Assembly: GCA_000320545.1 (NCBI GenBank)
Contig: ADNK01001890.1
Coordinates: 73,800 to 137,799 of the forward strand
Direction: 5' to 3'
From: Bigelowiella natans CCMP2755
Lineage: Eukaryota > Protista > Cercozoa
Length of the DNA stretch: 64,000 nt
Shown here: piece by piece, positions 41,343 through 52,680 of the stretch
Numbering within the stretch: position 1 is the first letter of the stretch
Layout of the letters: each line of letters begins with the position of its first letter
Notes under the pieces: generated by a model
The model's input: the letters and a program-made list of their open reading frames with translations, nothing else
What the model was told of the DNA's origin: nothing
Database searches by the model: none
Program-made: the position numbers and the translations under genes

Positions 41343-41667
41343 TCATTTGCCGAGAGCAGCAGCTTTTGGTGATGTAGTTATTTTACATAGATCTAGACTG
41401 GTCTATTTTTTTCCTCCAGCTATCGTGCATTTTTTTTTGCATCATTATTTCTCCAAAAGTTTAGTTAAAAAAAAGGAGGAAAGAAAGAGAACGACAGACA
41501 GCGGAGAAACACCAATAACTATTGTGCAAATTGTTGTTTATATTTATTTGTTCGATCTGCTACTACTGCTACTACTGCTACTACTACTACTTCTGCTGCT
41601 CCCAGATCTACAATAACAACAGCTTACACAAAACACATCATCAATAAGAAAGAAAAGAGGTAACAGG

Positions 41668-41704
<37 letters not shown>

Positions 41705-42099
41705 CCATACATCATCAATTTGGAAAACAATCAATCAATCATCGATTGCTTATTCATTTACGCCATTTAACAATAAAAAAAGGGAGGAAACGGAGAGAGA
41801 AGGAGAAGGCTCCCCTCCACGAGACTATCAACCCGTACCAAGAAGAAAAGGCACTCAAGAAACTGCCCATAAATAACACACCAAGAAGTGCCATCATCGT
41901 CAACAAGAGAGGCTATTACCTGCAGCACGCTTGGGCTCTGCAAGGAGGAGGGCGTGTGTTAACCTCTAGCTAGTTTTGGTGAATGGATATTGATCACTCT
42001 GCTTCCTTTGCACCGACAAAATTTACCGATATCTCCTTGGAAGGTACTGATTCAGGTTACAAAAGTATCAGCCATAGTTAGACATCAACCACCCTCAAA

Positions 42100-42873
42100 T
42101 TGAATATCGCCGAAACTGAACCGATGATGGCGAGTCTTCAAAGCACTTTATCAGGAAAATCGCTACTTCTTCTTGCCTCGACGGTTGGCGCTTGGTGGTT
42201 CATATCAAGAGAGATGAACCGTACGAAGGCGAAACGAAAGCCAAAGGTTCCACTATTCCGTAATTGTTCCAATCCAATTCGAGATGGGTCATGGAGAGAG
42301 GAGGAAAGTGAAAGTGACGGTGCGTGGGAAGAAAAATGTTCGAGGAGTGACGATGAGATAGAAGAAGAGTGCTTCCCGATTGCTCGGCCAGCATGCATAG
42401 ATTCTAGTACAAAAAAGAGCTTAGATGGTGAAGGGAGTCCTCCACAAAGTACTCCTGCGAAAAAATGTAAGCATTCTTGTGAGAAGGAGCTTACACTTGT
42501 TAAAAGCAAGCGTCCTGCAAAAGAACAGGATACCTCGGGGCAGGATACCTCAGGGAGGCAAATTTCGGAGGACTTCAAAGAAACAAATCAGGGCATTGAA
42601 GGACAAAAGAGAAATTTGCTCATAAGACCTACACACACAATAAAAAGTGACCCATTCGAGAATGAAAATGCAGAAGACGCGGAGACTAGAAGGGATAGCG
42701 GTGTATTTTTTGGATTGCTCAATCTTTACACAAGGGACAATGGCAAAGAAGAGCCCCCATCTACCCCAGAAAGGAGAGAGAGTCTAATACTTTGCCGTGA
42801 AACTTTGAACTTTGAGGATGACGAATCAGCTGACGAGGGTGACCCGTGCAACAAGGCTGGTGAAGCTTCATAA
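42100..42873 (+). CDS. Hypothetical protein: N-terminal membrane anchor then acidic, probably disordered region
   Basis: 257-codon ORF (first ATG near 42124). SLLLLASTVGAWWFI is followed by a basic patch and E/D/S-rich sequence. Coding-like composition with normal TpA content. Confidence 0.6.
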   Translation: MNIAETEPMMASLQSTLSGKSLLLLASTVGAWWFISREMNRTKAKRKPKVPLFRNCSNPIRDGSWREEESESDGAWEEKCSRSDDEIEEECFPIARPACIDSSTKKSLDGEGSPPQSTPAKKCKHSCEKELTLVKSKRPAKEQDTSGQDTSGRQISEDFKETNQGIEGQKRNLLIRPTHTIKSDPFENENAEDAETRRDSGVFFGLLNLYTRDNGKEEPPSTPERRESLILCRETLNFEDDESADEGDPCNKAGEAS

Positions 42874-43328
42874 TGGAATAGGCGGAACTTTATGGTTGTT
42901 TAAAAGATAAATGACAGCATTCGCTTTCTGCTGCTATTAACGTGTATAGTTGTGAAATTGTTCCATCGATTTTTCTAAATTTGGTTTTGTGCATGGTTTG
43001 ATCCCACTGCAACACATTGTTCACAGTTGATCGATATCATGCGAAGAAACTTTTCATTGTCCACAAACACCAGACAGTCTGCTGCTCGTTCGATCACCCG
43101 CATCATGTCATGAGCTGCGTCTGCTGCACTGGTCGATCGACATGCAAACTCTAGAACTGCTGACGCCATGCAACGAGTTTCCAAAATGAATGATGACGTG
43201 CGTGATCATCGGCTGGACTAGCAAAGCCCGCCAATGATCAGCATGTAAAATTGGCGATTATGATGGCATGGCATTCTAGCATCATTGTTGTGCATCTCAG
43301 CTAACTAGCGAAATGAAATAACCCACTT

Positions 43329-43659
43329 GAGATTGATTTGTGTGTGGAAGAATTCTTGCATGTTTCAAAGAAATGACAAAATCATTGATATTCATTTGAG
43401 TAATTGGTGCAAAATCTCTATTTTTAAGATTATTTCCTGTCATATTTTGAAAACTTGCATTTAAATTGTGATGAGGATTGACAAATCTCTTGACAAATTT
43501 GTCAATCCTCATCACAATTCAAATGCAAGTTTTCAAAATGTGACAGGAAACAATCTCAAAAACAGAGATTTTGCATCAATTACTCAAATGAATATCAATG
43601 ATTTTGTCATTTCTTTGAATTTCATTTTGTTCTTCCACACACGATTTTCGATCAATCTC
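43329..43659. repeat. Foldback inverted repeat (MITE-like): 123-bp arms 43364-43486 and 43497-43619, 10-bp spacer, imperfect extension to about 43329/43659
   Basis: Arms aligned by hand with 117/123 identity. Confidence 0.9.
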
Positions 43660-44643
43660 GGTTTGCAATCTAGAGCTAGCAATCTCTGGATTGTCTAGAT
43701 CTAGCAAGTGTGACACAATGCATGCTGGCATGCACGTGCGTCTAGACGCACGCATTCTAGCCAGTTGCCAAGATCAGCATGACATGTGGATGATCCACAG
43801 TGATGACAATTTTTGGGAAAAATCAAACAAAAAAAGTCAGGAATTGTTCCAGATGAAGCCATGCTGTGCATTGTGATTGGAGTTGCATTGCTTGCATGTT
43901 GACACAATGAATGTGAACTTGCATCGCAGGCCCACAACACTCGCTACGCCATCGCAACATTGAGATGACACAATGAAGCAAGTCGAGACAGCAGGCTAGC
44001 TAGCCCCCCATCTCGACTTTCCGCATCAAGCTCGTTGTTCGAACTGATGACGTTTCGAGTGCCATTGACAGGGCTAGAGGGCTCCCTGTGCGATGCAGAC
44101 TTGGACGCGTGCGCTTTTGCAGCCAAGCGCACACGTGGATTCATCAACAATTCATCGCGACATCCACAATCTCGCTAGCTCGACTTTCATTTTTCACGCC
44201 CGGCCACATGCTGATCTTGGCAAATGTGGCCTGCTGCATGCCAGCATGCTGCAGCTAGCACAGCAGTGCTGGAGTGACAATGGCGCAGCAATCATGTCAG
44301 CCAGCATGGCTTGTGCTGAATGGTGTGGATTCATGCATGCAGTCGATCATTGGATCAGTCCAGCAGTGAGAGCACAGACGGCAGATCACACAGCTAGAGC
44401 AGGACATGCATGCATGCCTGACAATGATCCCGATGCATGCCAGCACGCTGCGTGCAGAAGTGCTTGCCACAACTCTGGAAGCTAGCTGGCTAGACGAAAC
44501 CCTGAAGTCTCACAGTTTCCAAGTTTCGCACGTTGCTTCTGTGCAAGAATTGAAAAAATGCAGCAGCGGCACGATTCGTGTGCAAAAGAGCCACGTTTTG
44601 ACTTGGTTCGAGAACAAAAACTCAATTTGAACGTGGCTGGAGG

Positions 44644-45400
44644 TCAATTTGTGAGGTGTGGAGTCGAAAAAGACGGATCGGTGCAATGGACACAAACACC
44701 AAGGTTGCACAGCAGACAGGTGCAAGCTGGCAAGCACGCCGCCAGCACGCAGCGCGTGCTGTGCCCAAACTGAAACGCATGCCAGCCTGCTCTCCAGGTC
44801 TTGCGCCATCTCCAGATCCAGCCATGCGCGTCATGCAGCACGCACCCGCCTCTGTTTTTGGAACGATCTGATGCCACTTGATGCTTGCGTTTGAGCTTCG
44901 ACAACTCTTCTGAATTCTTTTTCGCAGTGGACTTCGATGCCTGGAGTTGGATGGAGAGCTGAGTGGCTTTGCTGTTGAGGAATGACAGGAGCTTTTCCGA
45001 CTTGGACTTCTGAGCCTTGAGCTTGAAGCTGGCAGCACCCATCACTTTTTGTTGGCGATCTCCATCTCTTGACATGGCGAGCTTCAGCACTTCTGTTTCT
45101 TTTCTGAGAGCCTCAACTTTTTCTGTGAGCTTCCTCGCTTCAGCTCTGGATGCAGTGGCTGAAGCAATGGCATCGGTGCGCTGCATCACAGCCTCCTTTT
45201 GCTCTTTTTGGGAGCGCACAAGCTCTTTTTTCGATTTTTCTAGCTGTCTCTTTGGCCGAGCTTCTCTCTTTTTTGCTCAGCTTCAATGCAATGTCAAGTT
45301 CGTTGGAATTTTTTTTTGCCTCATCAACCTGCGACAGTGCCTCGGTGGCTTTCTCTTTTCACCTCGAAACCCGAGCGCTCGAAGCACGAAGTTCGGCTGA
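44644..45400 (-). pseudogene. Relic coiled-coil coding sequence inside the TpA-void zone
   Basis: Heptad-like K/E/A/L-rich translation (RAEARKLTEKVEALRKETEVLKLAM...KSEKLLSFLNSK...EELSKLKRK) that looks like real protein sequence. Confidence 0.45.
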
Positions 45401-45877
45401 TGGCTTCTTTGAATTTTTTCCGGAAGCACAATTCCCATCACAGTCGCACCTGGCACCAAGCAAAGGGTCTTCTCGTGGGTTTTCGCCATGATGTCCCTTG
45501 CATTCGAAGGACATGATCCTTCGCAATGTCGAAATCCCGCCCGAAGCCAGGGGAACGTCTGCTCAGAATGCACAAGTGGCTGTCATGAACACAACAAACT
45601 GACACCGGAAACTCACAAAACGATCAAAACACAATTCTCTTTTTCTCTCGCAAGAGAGATTGCATCGAACACTGCATTTTCATCGAACCTTGTTCTCCTG
45701 CTCGAAGCAGGGAAAGCAATTTCACCAGATTCATCGCCTCTTCCACGGCCACAAGAGGCCTTCGCCCCATTGCAGGCGCCTCCGAACTTTTGAACCAAAA
45801 AAAAATGTCAACAAGTGTCAATTCGGATGTTTTTTTCAATGTGATTTCACCTGAGCGAATTTTCAAATGAAAGACAC

Positions 45878-46654
45878 TTGGCATGGCGGTGGGCAGGTGT
45901 GGACCCAACGCATGGGATGCGAGGAAGAATGGGGGGGGATGGGGCTCGAGCTCGGATTGCACGGAGCCGAGGTTTCCCAAGGGCGCTTCGCCTGGCAGCA
46001 GAGCAAAGGGAAGAATCAGAATTGAAAAATGCCCCACTGTCAATTCGAAGATGCGAAAAAAAACTCCAAGGGAGAGAGAATCGTCGTCATCTCACACGCA
46101 GGATTTCACGCAAAGTGTGCAAGACGCTTTTCGAGGAGAAACAAAGCTGCAAATGCGATGGACACGGACCAGCAGGGGCCATGATTGACAATGTGGCACT
46201 TGGATCACAGCAGGCATTGAAAAGATGCACCCTCAGGAAAAGAGCCACAGCTTCTTTCAGTCTTCCCATGTCGAAGGAACACTTTCTCCAACTTTGGAAA
46301 GGATGCGCGAAAGTGGAGAGCAATGACACAGAAGGTGTCCTGCCAGCAACCATGGATGGTGAGAGGCAACGAGACACATCGAACAAGCTGGCAGAAGCAC
46401 TCGGCATTGAGCCCAACGAGGGAAATTGGGTGATTCGCAGGATGCATGGATTGGATCCTTTGAAGAGGAGAGATTGCAGTCACATTCACGTTCAAAAGTC
46501 TCACGCTGATGAAAAAAACGTGAAGGTGATGTGGAAGAGTCAAACACTTCGACAGATTGACATTCGAGGGACGGAAAGGGTTGTGTCGAAGAGCAGAATG
46601 ACACTCCGCTTTCCCAGAAACGTTGTGTCATTGCTCCACCAAATTGAATGCTGA
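45878..46654 (+). pseudogene. Relic coding sequence (258 codons, no Tyr) inside the TpA-void zone
   Basis: Longest ORF in the zone, protein-like in its 3' two-thirds. ORF length is inflated by loss of TAA/TAG stops. No family recognised. Confidence 0.35.
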
Positions 46655-47415
46655 ACAAAGGCCAAAGTGTCAGGAGCTCAACGCCAAGAAAGCTGAGAAA
46701 GCTTCCAAAAGGTGAGTTGATTGTTGAAACTGGTCAAAGCAACACTCACTGCTCAATCTGTGATGCACTTGGTCAGAAATCGGAAGAGCAAGGAAAAATC
46801 TTCTTCGAACCAGCAGCTTGCACACATCAATGAGCATCGAGTTGGATCGTCCCAGCCTGTGGTGGCAGCACCAAATGTCAGTTGGAAGCGAAGTTTCATT
46901 GACAAAACCATCAGAGGCAAGGTTCCTGCTGCTTTTTGTGTTGCTGTGTCTGTCATGAGCTCGAGTTTCAGCTCGAAGCGAACATGTGGCCTGATGGCAT
47001 TGCTGATGCAGCACGCTCATGCTGGTTTCTGGGCTTCCACAGCTAGCTTTGTGACCCAATGTGTGGCCAACATGGAGAAATGTGATTGATGATGTGTTTC
47101 AAAATGATTGCATTGCGATCACATCAGCGCTGCGATCGATTTTCATGCGCTGCGCAGCGCTGCTGCGTTGCTGGTGCAGCGCTAGCGCCAGGACACATTG
47201 ACATGCGTCGACACGTGCAACGGCGCAGGCTGGAACACTGACACTTCCAATCGGAAGACTTGGTGCAAAGAAAGAAGAAGCAAAAGAAAAAGAGAAGTGA
47301 AAGAAAGAAAACAAAGAAAGAACCTTTGTTGATCGACCACACTTGGAAAGTGTGAAACGCACAATTGGAAACGCAGTGACTCAAAGCGAGTGTGAGCGAA
47401 GTGTTTCCAAGGAAG

Positions 47416-47446
<31 letters not shown>

Positions 47447-47450
47447 CTTG

Positions 47451-47835
47451 AACAATGAAAAATGATGATGAACCACGTTTCCAAAGTGTTTGACTTGCAG
47501 TGTGCGAAACGCAGTGCCTCGAACTAGCTTCAGTGAGAAGTGTTCGAATGAACGTCAAATGGGTTCGCAGCATTGTGGTTCACTCATCGAATGAATGAAC
47601 AAAGTGGTTCCAATCTGGCAAAGATGCCGACGACCTGCAAGATTCAAACAAACAAACAAGCAAACGTGATGAAGAACTGCAAGATTCAAGATTCGCAGTC
47701 GACACCTCAAGAACCCGATGGGCATTCGTTGAGAGGAATGAAACAATGAAACAATGATGAAGAACCACATTTCCAAAGTGTTGCAAGACACTTGCAGTGT
47801 GCAAAATGCAGTGCCTCGAACTGGTTTCAGTGAGG
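47451..47835 (+). repeat. Diverged direct repeat of about 90 bp (about 47451-47537 and about 47743-47835)
   Basis: Shared aacaatgaaa..atgatga.gaaccac.tttccaaagtgtt...acttgcagtgtgc.aaa.gcagtgcctcgaact.g.ttcagtgag. Confidence 0.8.
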
Positions 47836-48070
47836 ACTGTGACTAGCAAATCAACTAGCTTGCCAAACCAACAACAGAATCGATGGAGAAAAACAGATAA
47901 AAAATGCAAGCCAATTCGGATGGGACGACACGAGTTAGACCTCCATTTTCTTTACTAATTTCAATCAAAACCGCGAAAACGGCTGAGCAAACGGCACAGA
48001 AGAATGAGGAGTACCGACAACACAGCCGTTGAGAACTCAGAGCTTCAACAATGATCCATTCATAGAAATC

Positions 48071-48925
48071 ATGGGAAGGGCCTTACTATTTTTGCTGTGT
48101 GTCTTCATCAGAGACATATCAAGTATGGGCCTCGCTTGTTTATGTGTGTATGTGTGTGTGTGTGTGTGGAAAATGAAGATCCCTCTTTTGTTGTTCCTCT
48201 ATTTGGCAATCATCATTCACCTGATTTTCTATGCAGATGGTGCAGAGTCTTCTTCGTATGAACCAGCAGCTCGAATTAGCGCCGGAACACGGTGGTCAGC
48301 CACTACTTCAAATGATGGAGAAAAAGGGAAAGAGACTACTACTACTCTGGGAGCTAGAAATGACGACAGTACCATGTTCCTACAGGTGTGGCTGCTAACG
48401 TTGTGCAAGTGAAACTATAATATCAGTTTGCTGATGTCAATTCTTGCAGATGATGGAGGAGATGCGTAGAGTTGATCAAGAACGAATGGAGGTTTTTTGC
48501 GATGGATTTCTCATCGTCTTCGTTTTCTTTTTGCTGCTACATTGATCACATACATACATACATCATAGCGCATGGAGGCCATGTCACGAGGCACAATTCT
48601 AACTGGAGTCTCTCTTGGTCCGATAATATCCGTTCAATCCATCATGCCGAGAATTTTGTAAATGAACATACTTGTTCTACACCACCAGGGGGTGCTTTCT
48701 TGGCAGCAAATTATTTGTACACAAGATTGAAGCCACAGCTCGATGAGCAAGTGAAATTATATTCATTATGTAGTTCTGATGATAACATAGCTCACTAATC
48801 ATAACCCACATGCAAATAGCGGGAGCAACGTGTTGAAGCAGAACGAGCAAGATGTCGTCGTGATATTGCAGAGAAAAATATAGGGGCATTGAAATCTATT
48901 CCAGCCTTTGCAAATGTTACAAGGT

Positions 48926-48961
<36 letters not shown>

Positions 48962-50680
48962 CAGTAGTAGTAGTAAGGCAACGGCCTTCTTCGTATTATT
49001 ATGTAGTAATAGTAGGGGAGCAGAGGACACTTGACATGGACGAATAATCGAGATTATGAATACTTAGTTACTTTTCATTAGTCGGCATAATTGGAAGAAT
49101 ATCACGTTGATATTGAGTTTATAATGATACTATTTTCGTAGAATCCTTGATGGTGTGACAGGTGGAAAAAGTGAGAAGTTCATTCAGGTTATCTGTTTAT
49201 TTATTCAGCTGTTCGAATTTGAGCTGCTAATGAGTTGTTTATTATTCACTACTTTGTCATCTTAGAAATTGGTGGAGGTGTATGCTGAATCGAAGGTGGT
49301 TATCTTTCTGTCCCCCGACTACTAGAGGTAACTTCCAGAGTGCTGAAAAATTGAAATAATTCAATGCAGGGAGATGATAAAGCAGCACTCTATGGGGATA
49401 TCGTCAAGAAAGTAATCGCTCCATCTTCAGTTTCATTTGATTAGTAAATATAATATATTTACTTGTGTGTGTATTTATTTATATCTACACAACTAGATTG
49501 GCCTTGGCATTGCAGCAGGAGCAGTAACTGGGCAAGGGTTCAACTACTTCCTCAATGTTGTGAGAACACAAGAGAGCATTCCCTCAAATTGTGTCCATCC
49601 TTTCATCCATTGATTCAGCCACTAAATCGTGCTGATTATTATGCTTTTCCTTCGTGAATTGACACAGGAATGTCCAGATATGCATCGAGCTCGGTAAAAT
49701 ATAGATTATTGTCAATTAATAAAAACATGAGAAAGTAGGAAATATGCTGTTAATAGGCACTAAACATACAGTTCTTACTAACTATTCTTTGTGGTTGCAG
49801 ATCCAATTACGTAAAATCACGATCATTCAGCCCTCAAAATACTCTTGGCGGGTGGTGATAGATGAATAGAATACTGCCGTACTGGTGCTGGTGGTTATAG
49901 TGATGATGATGATGATGATGATAATGATAGTGATGATCGATAGAACAAAAATAATTATGTTGTATATGAAGGAGATGGTATCTGACGGGATATGGAGGAG
50001 GGTTTCGAATACTCCAAGTACTGTTATCATCATCATCATCATCATCGTTATCAATACCACCATCTCAATGCACTACTATCAACTCTAACATCAGATCTCT
50101 CAAAATACTCATTATGATCTTAACAATAATAGCATTGGCAAATTCAAAAGATTGATTATGATTTTAACAATAATAGCATTGCCAATTTGTGGACAGGGTT
50201 GTGACCAGGTACTACTACTACTAGTAGTAGTAGTAGTAGTAGTAGTTGTAGTAGTTGTAGTAGTTGTATAAAACGATGAAATTAGAAAAGATAGAAGAAA
50301 GGCCTCAACACAACTGCATACATACATACATGCTTACATACCACGACGAGTTTTCATTGATTTCGCGACACTGCCATAATTGTAAGAAATCCGAAGAAAA
50401 GTGTATTATTACGTCATGTGGTATAATGAATCATGATCCTCCTACTATTTGTTTATTTGTTCATTGCCGGCAACAATCAATCAATCAGTACTTCTCACAT
50501 ATTCGAGAGGGTGTCAGGACAACTAGGTAGACCATCATATACTAACTACTTTTAACTTAATAACCTGGCAATACAGTGTTCATACTTTTTGTCCGATAAT
50601 AGTTGAATATTTTAGTAATGACAGTGTTATTAAATAATTCTGATGATATCAGGACCGGTTCCTGTTGTCTTCCATCGAAG

Positions 50681-50711
<31 letters not shown>

Positions 50712-51175
50712 ATCATCGATGATTTTCCGTGTTGTTGTCGCTCCATAATAATAATACTACCTTCTTATCGATTACCGTGTTGTTGATCCATTATAATAAT
50801 ACTACCTTCTTATCGATTACCGTGTTGTTGATCCAGAATAATAATAATAATAATACCTGCTTACAGATACTTACCACGATTTGGAAAAGGGATATATAGG
50901 CGACATGCTGACTACCCTGCTCTTGGCATGGCAAGGTGCTCAAGAGAGAGGGAGGAAGGAAGGAATAATAATTAATCATCATATGTTGTCATCATATGTT
51001 GTCATCGAAGCAACAGGGGTGGGAGAGGGAGGTCATCAGTATTTCTTTCACTTAATTAATTCATATATGGCGCTGAATGAACAGAATGACAACAGTTATT
51101 GTAGACATTGTCTACGATCTCAAAGGTAATTAATTGTTTGGAGAATCACACACGCGCGCACACACACACACACAC

Positions 51176-51211
<36 letters not shown>

Positions 51212-51239
51212 ATTCTTTGGAGAAATTCTAACCACACAC

Positions 51240-51275
<36 letters not shown>

Positions 51276-51278
51276 ATT

Positions 51279-51318
<40 letters not shown>

Positions 51319-51692
51319 CACGTATAGGCTAACACATCTCCTATATCTTCTGTTTTGATGATGATGATTATTATTATTGTTGTTGTTGTTGTTGTTGTAG
51401 GATATCCTGTGATTATAGAATATGCATGTGCCGTTGCTGCGATGTCAATGCGTTTCCAGGAGGTATTGCAATAATATACTGGTAGTACTACGTACTTACT
51501 TTTTAGATGATAACAGACAGGATGACGATGTAAATGAGAAGATTTGTCTTTATCCTTCTCCCCCTCCCCTTCCTTTTTTCGATTGTTAGATACGCGTATT
51601 ATCGAGAGATAGAAACCTCGATGCATCAGTGATGGATAAAGTTCATAGTTCTTTAAGGTAGCAAGAACGATAAGGATGAGTGGATGATAATA

Positions 51693-51727
<35 letters not shown>

Positions 51728-51858
51728 ATACTGGCTTGATGAGATGGTAACCCTAGGCATCAAGGAATTATCTCTATTCCTTTGATGTTGGATCATTCAA
51801 GATGTCCAGTGGAGAGGCAAGGTCGTCCTTGTCGTTAAATCGCCATTTAAGGAGCCTA

Positions 51859-51939
<81 letters not shown>

Positions 51940-52517
51940 GTTGACTACTCTTACTCTCTCTCTATGTAGTAACCATCCTATATTTGATTTGAATACCTCT
52001 TTGTGCTGCAGCGATGATGGACCAAGAAACCATCTCTACATTTGATAATATCACGTAATGGAGCAACAACATATTAAGGAATACATGCGTGATTGATTTT
52101 ATCGGCAATTTACTTGACATCGAGATAATATATCCAACTACAAGTCGTTCGTTGGTTGTATAAATCATTGCAACTAATTGTGCTATATTATGCCTTCACT
52201 CCTCCACACTGGAAATAATCAGATACTACTTTTCTACTGAGCATCTTCTAATACTCGCATTGGCATCATTTGGCACGATTATGCTAATTTTTTTGGTAAT
52301 TGTGAGCTGTGATCTGTGTTTCAATGGGCTAAGGAAATGCTCAATATGGATTAAGTGACACAATGTTTATTGTTCGTACAATTTAATGTGAAATATGATT
52401 TCTATGAAAATCCATATAATTATAATATTTTCAACATTGTATTTGTGTAAATTTCAGTGCTGGTTTTTACGAAGATGCATTGTAAGAGGAGAAATGGTAA
52501 TAATTTGTAAAGTATCA

Positions 52518-52548
<31 letters not shown>

Positions 52549-52680
52549 TATGTGTTGAGCCTCTAAGACAATGTTTGCAATATCAATAAGGTGGATAACA
52601 TTGCTGGCAATCGCGGCGTTGGGGGTCAGGGAGAGCCTCCAGGATCATCATTCGAAGAGGGGAAAAAAGGCAATGATTGA
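48071..52680 (+). CDS. Multi-exon protein of unknown function, probably a type-I membrane protein
   Basis: Signal-peptide-like start MGRALLFLLCVFI. Many short GT-AG-bounded exons lie between microsatellite-rich introns. Late TM segment LLILALASFGTIMLIFL-CWFLRR, then an apparent last exon ending GKKGND-TGA. Exon chain not fully resolved. Confidence 0.55.
50743..50832 (+). repeat. Intronic 45-bp tandem duplication (2 copies plus a partial)
   Basis: cca(t/a)..taataatactaccttcttatcgattaccgtgttgttgat repeated head to tail. Confidence 0.85.
51859..51935. repeat. (CT)n microsatellite, intronic
   Basis: Seen directly. Confidence 0.95.

Larger units (their letters stand above)
43595..47897. other. 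TpA-void region, probably a hypermutated relic element or pseudogene block
   Basis: By eye only 21 TA dinucleotides in 4.3 kb, 20 of them in CTAG. None between 45243 and 47043. The ORFs listed here lack Tyr. Confidence 0.9.

Noticed and set aside
43595-47897. Dense overlapping ORFs in all six frames, suggesting a compact viral-like gene cluster or an alternative genetic code
   Set aside because: Explained by loss of TA: TAA and most TAG stops cannot occur, so frames stay open by default. Neighbouring genes use standard stops.
43595-47897. Classical RIP or methyl-CpG decay as the cause of the skew
   Set aside because: RIP creates TpA and CpG decay removes CpG. Here TpA is missing and CpG is common.
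50715-50840. CRISPR-like repeat
   Set aside because: Head-to-tail 45-bp duplication without unique spacers, in a eukaryotic intron, with no cas genes.
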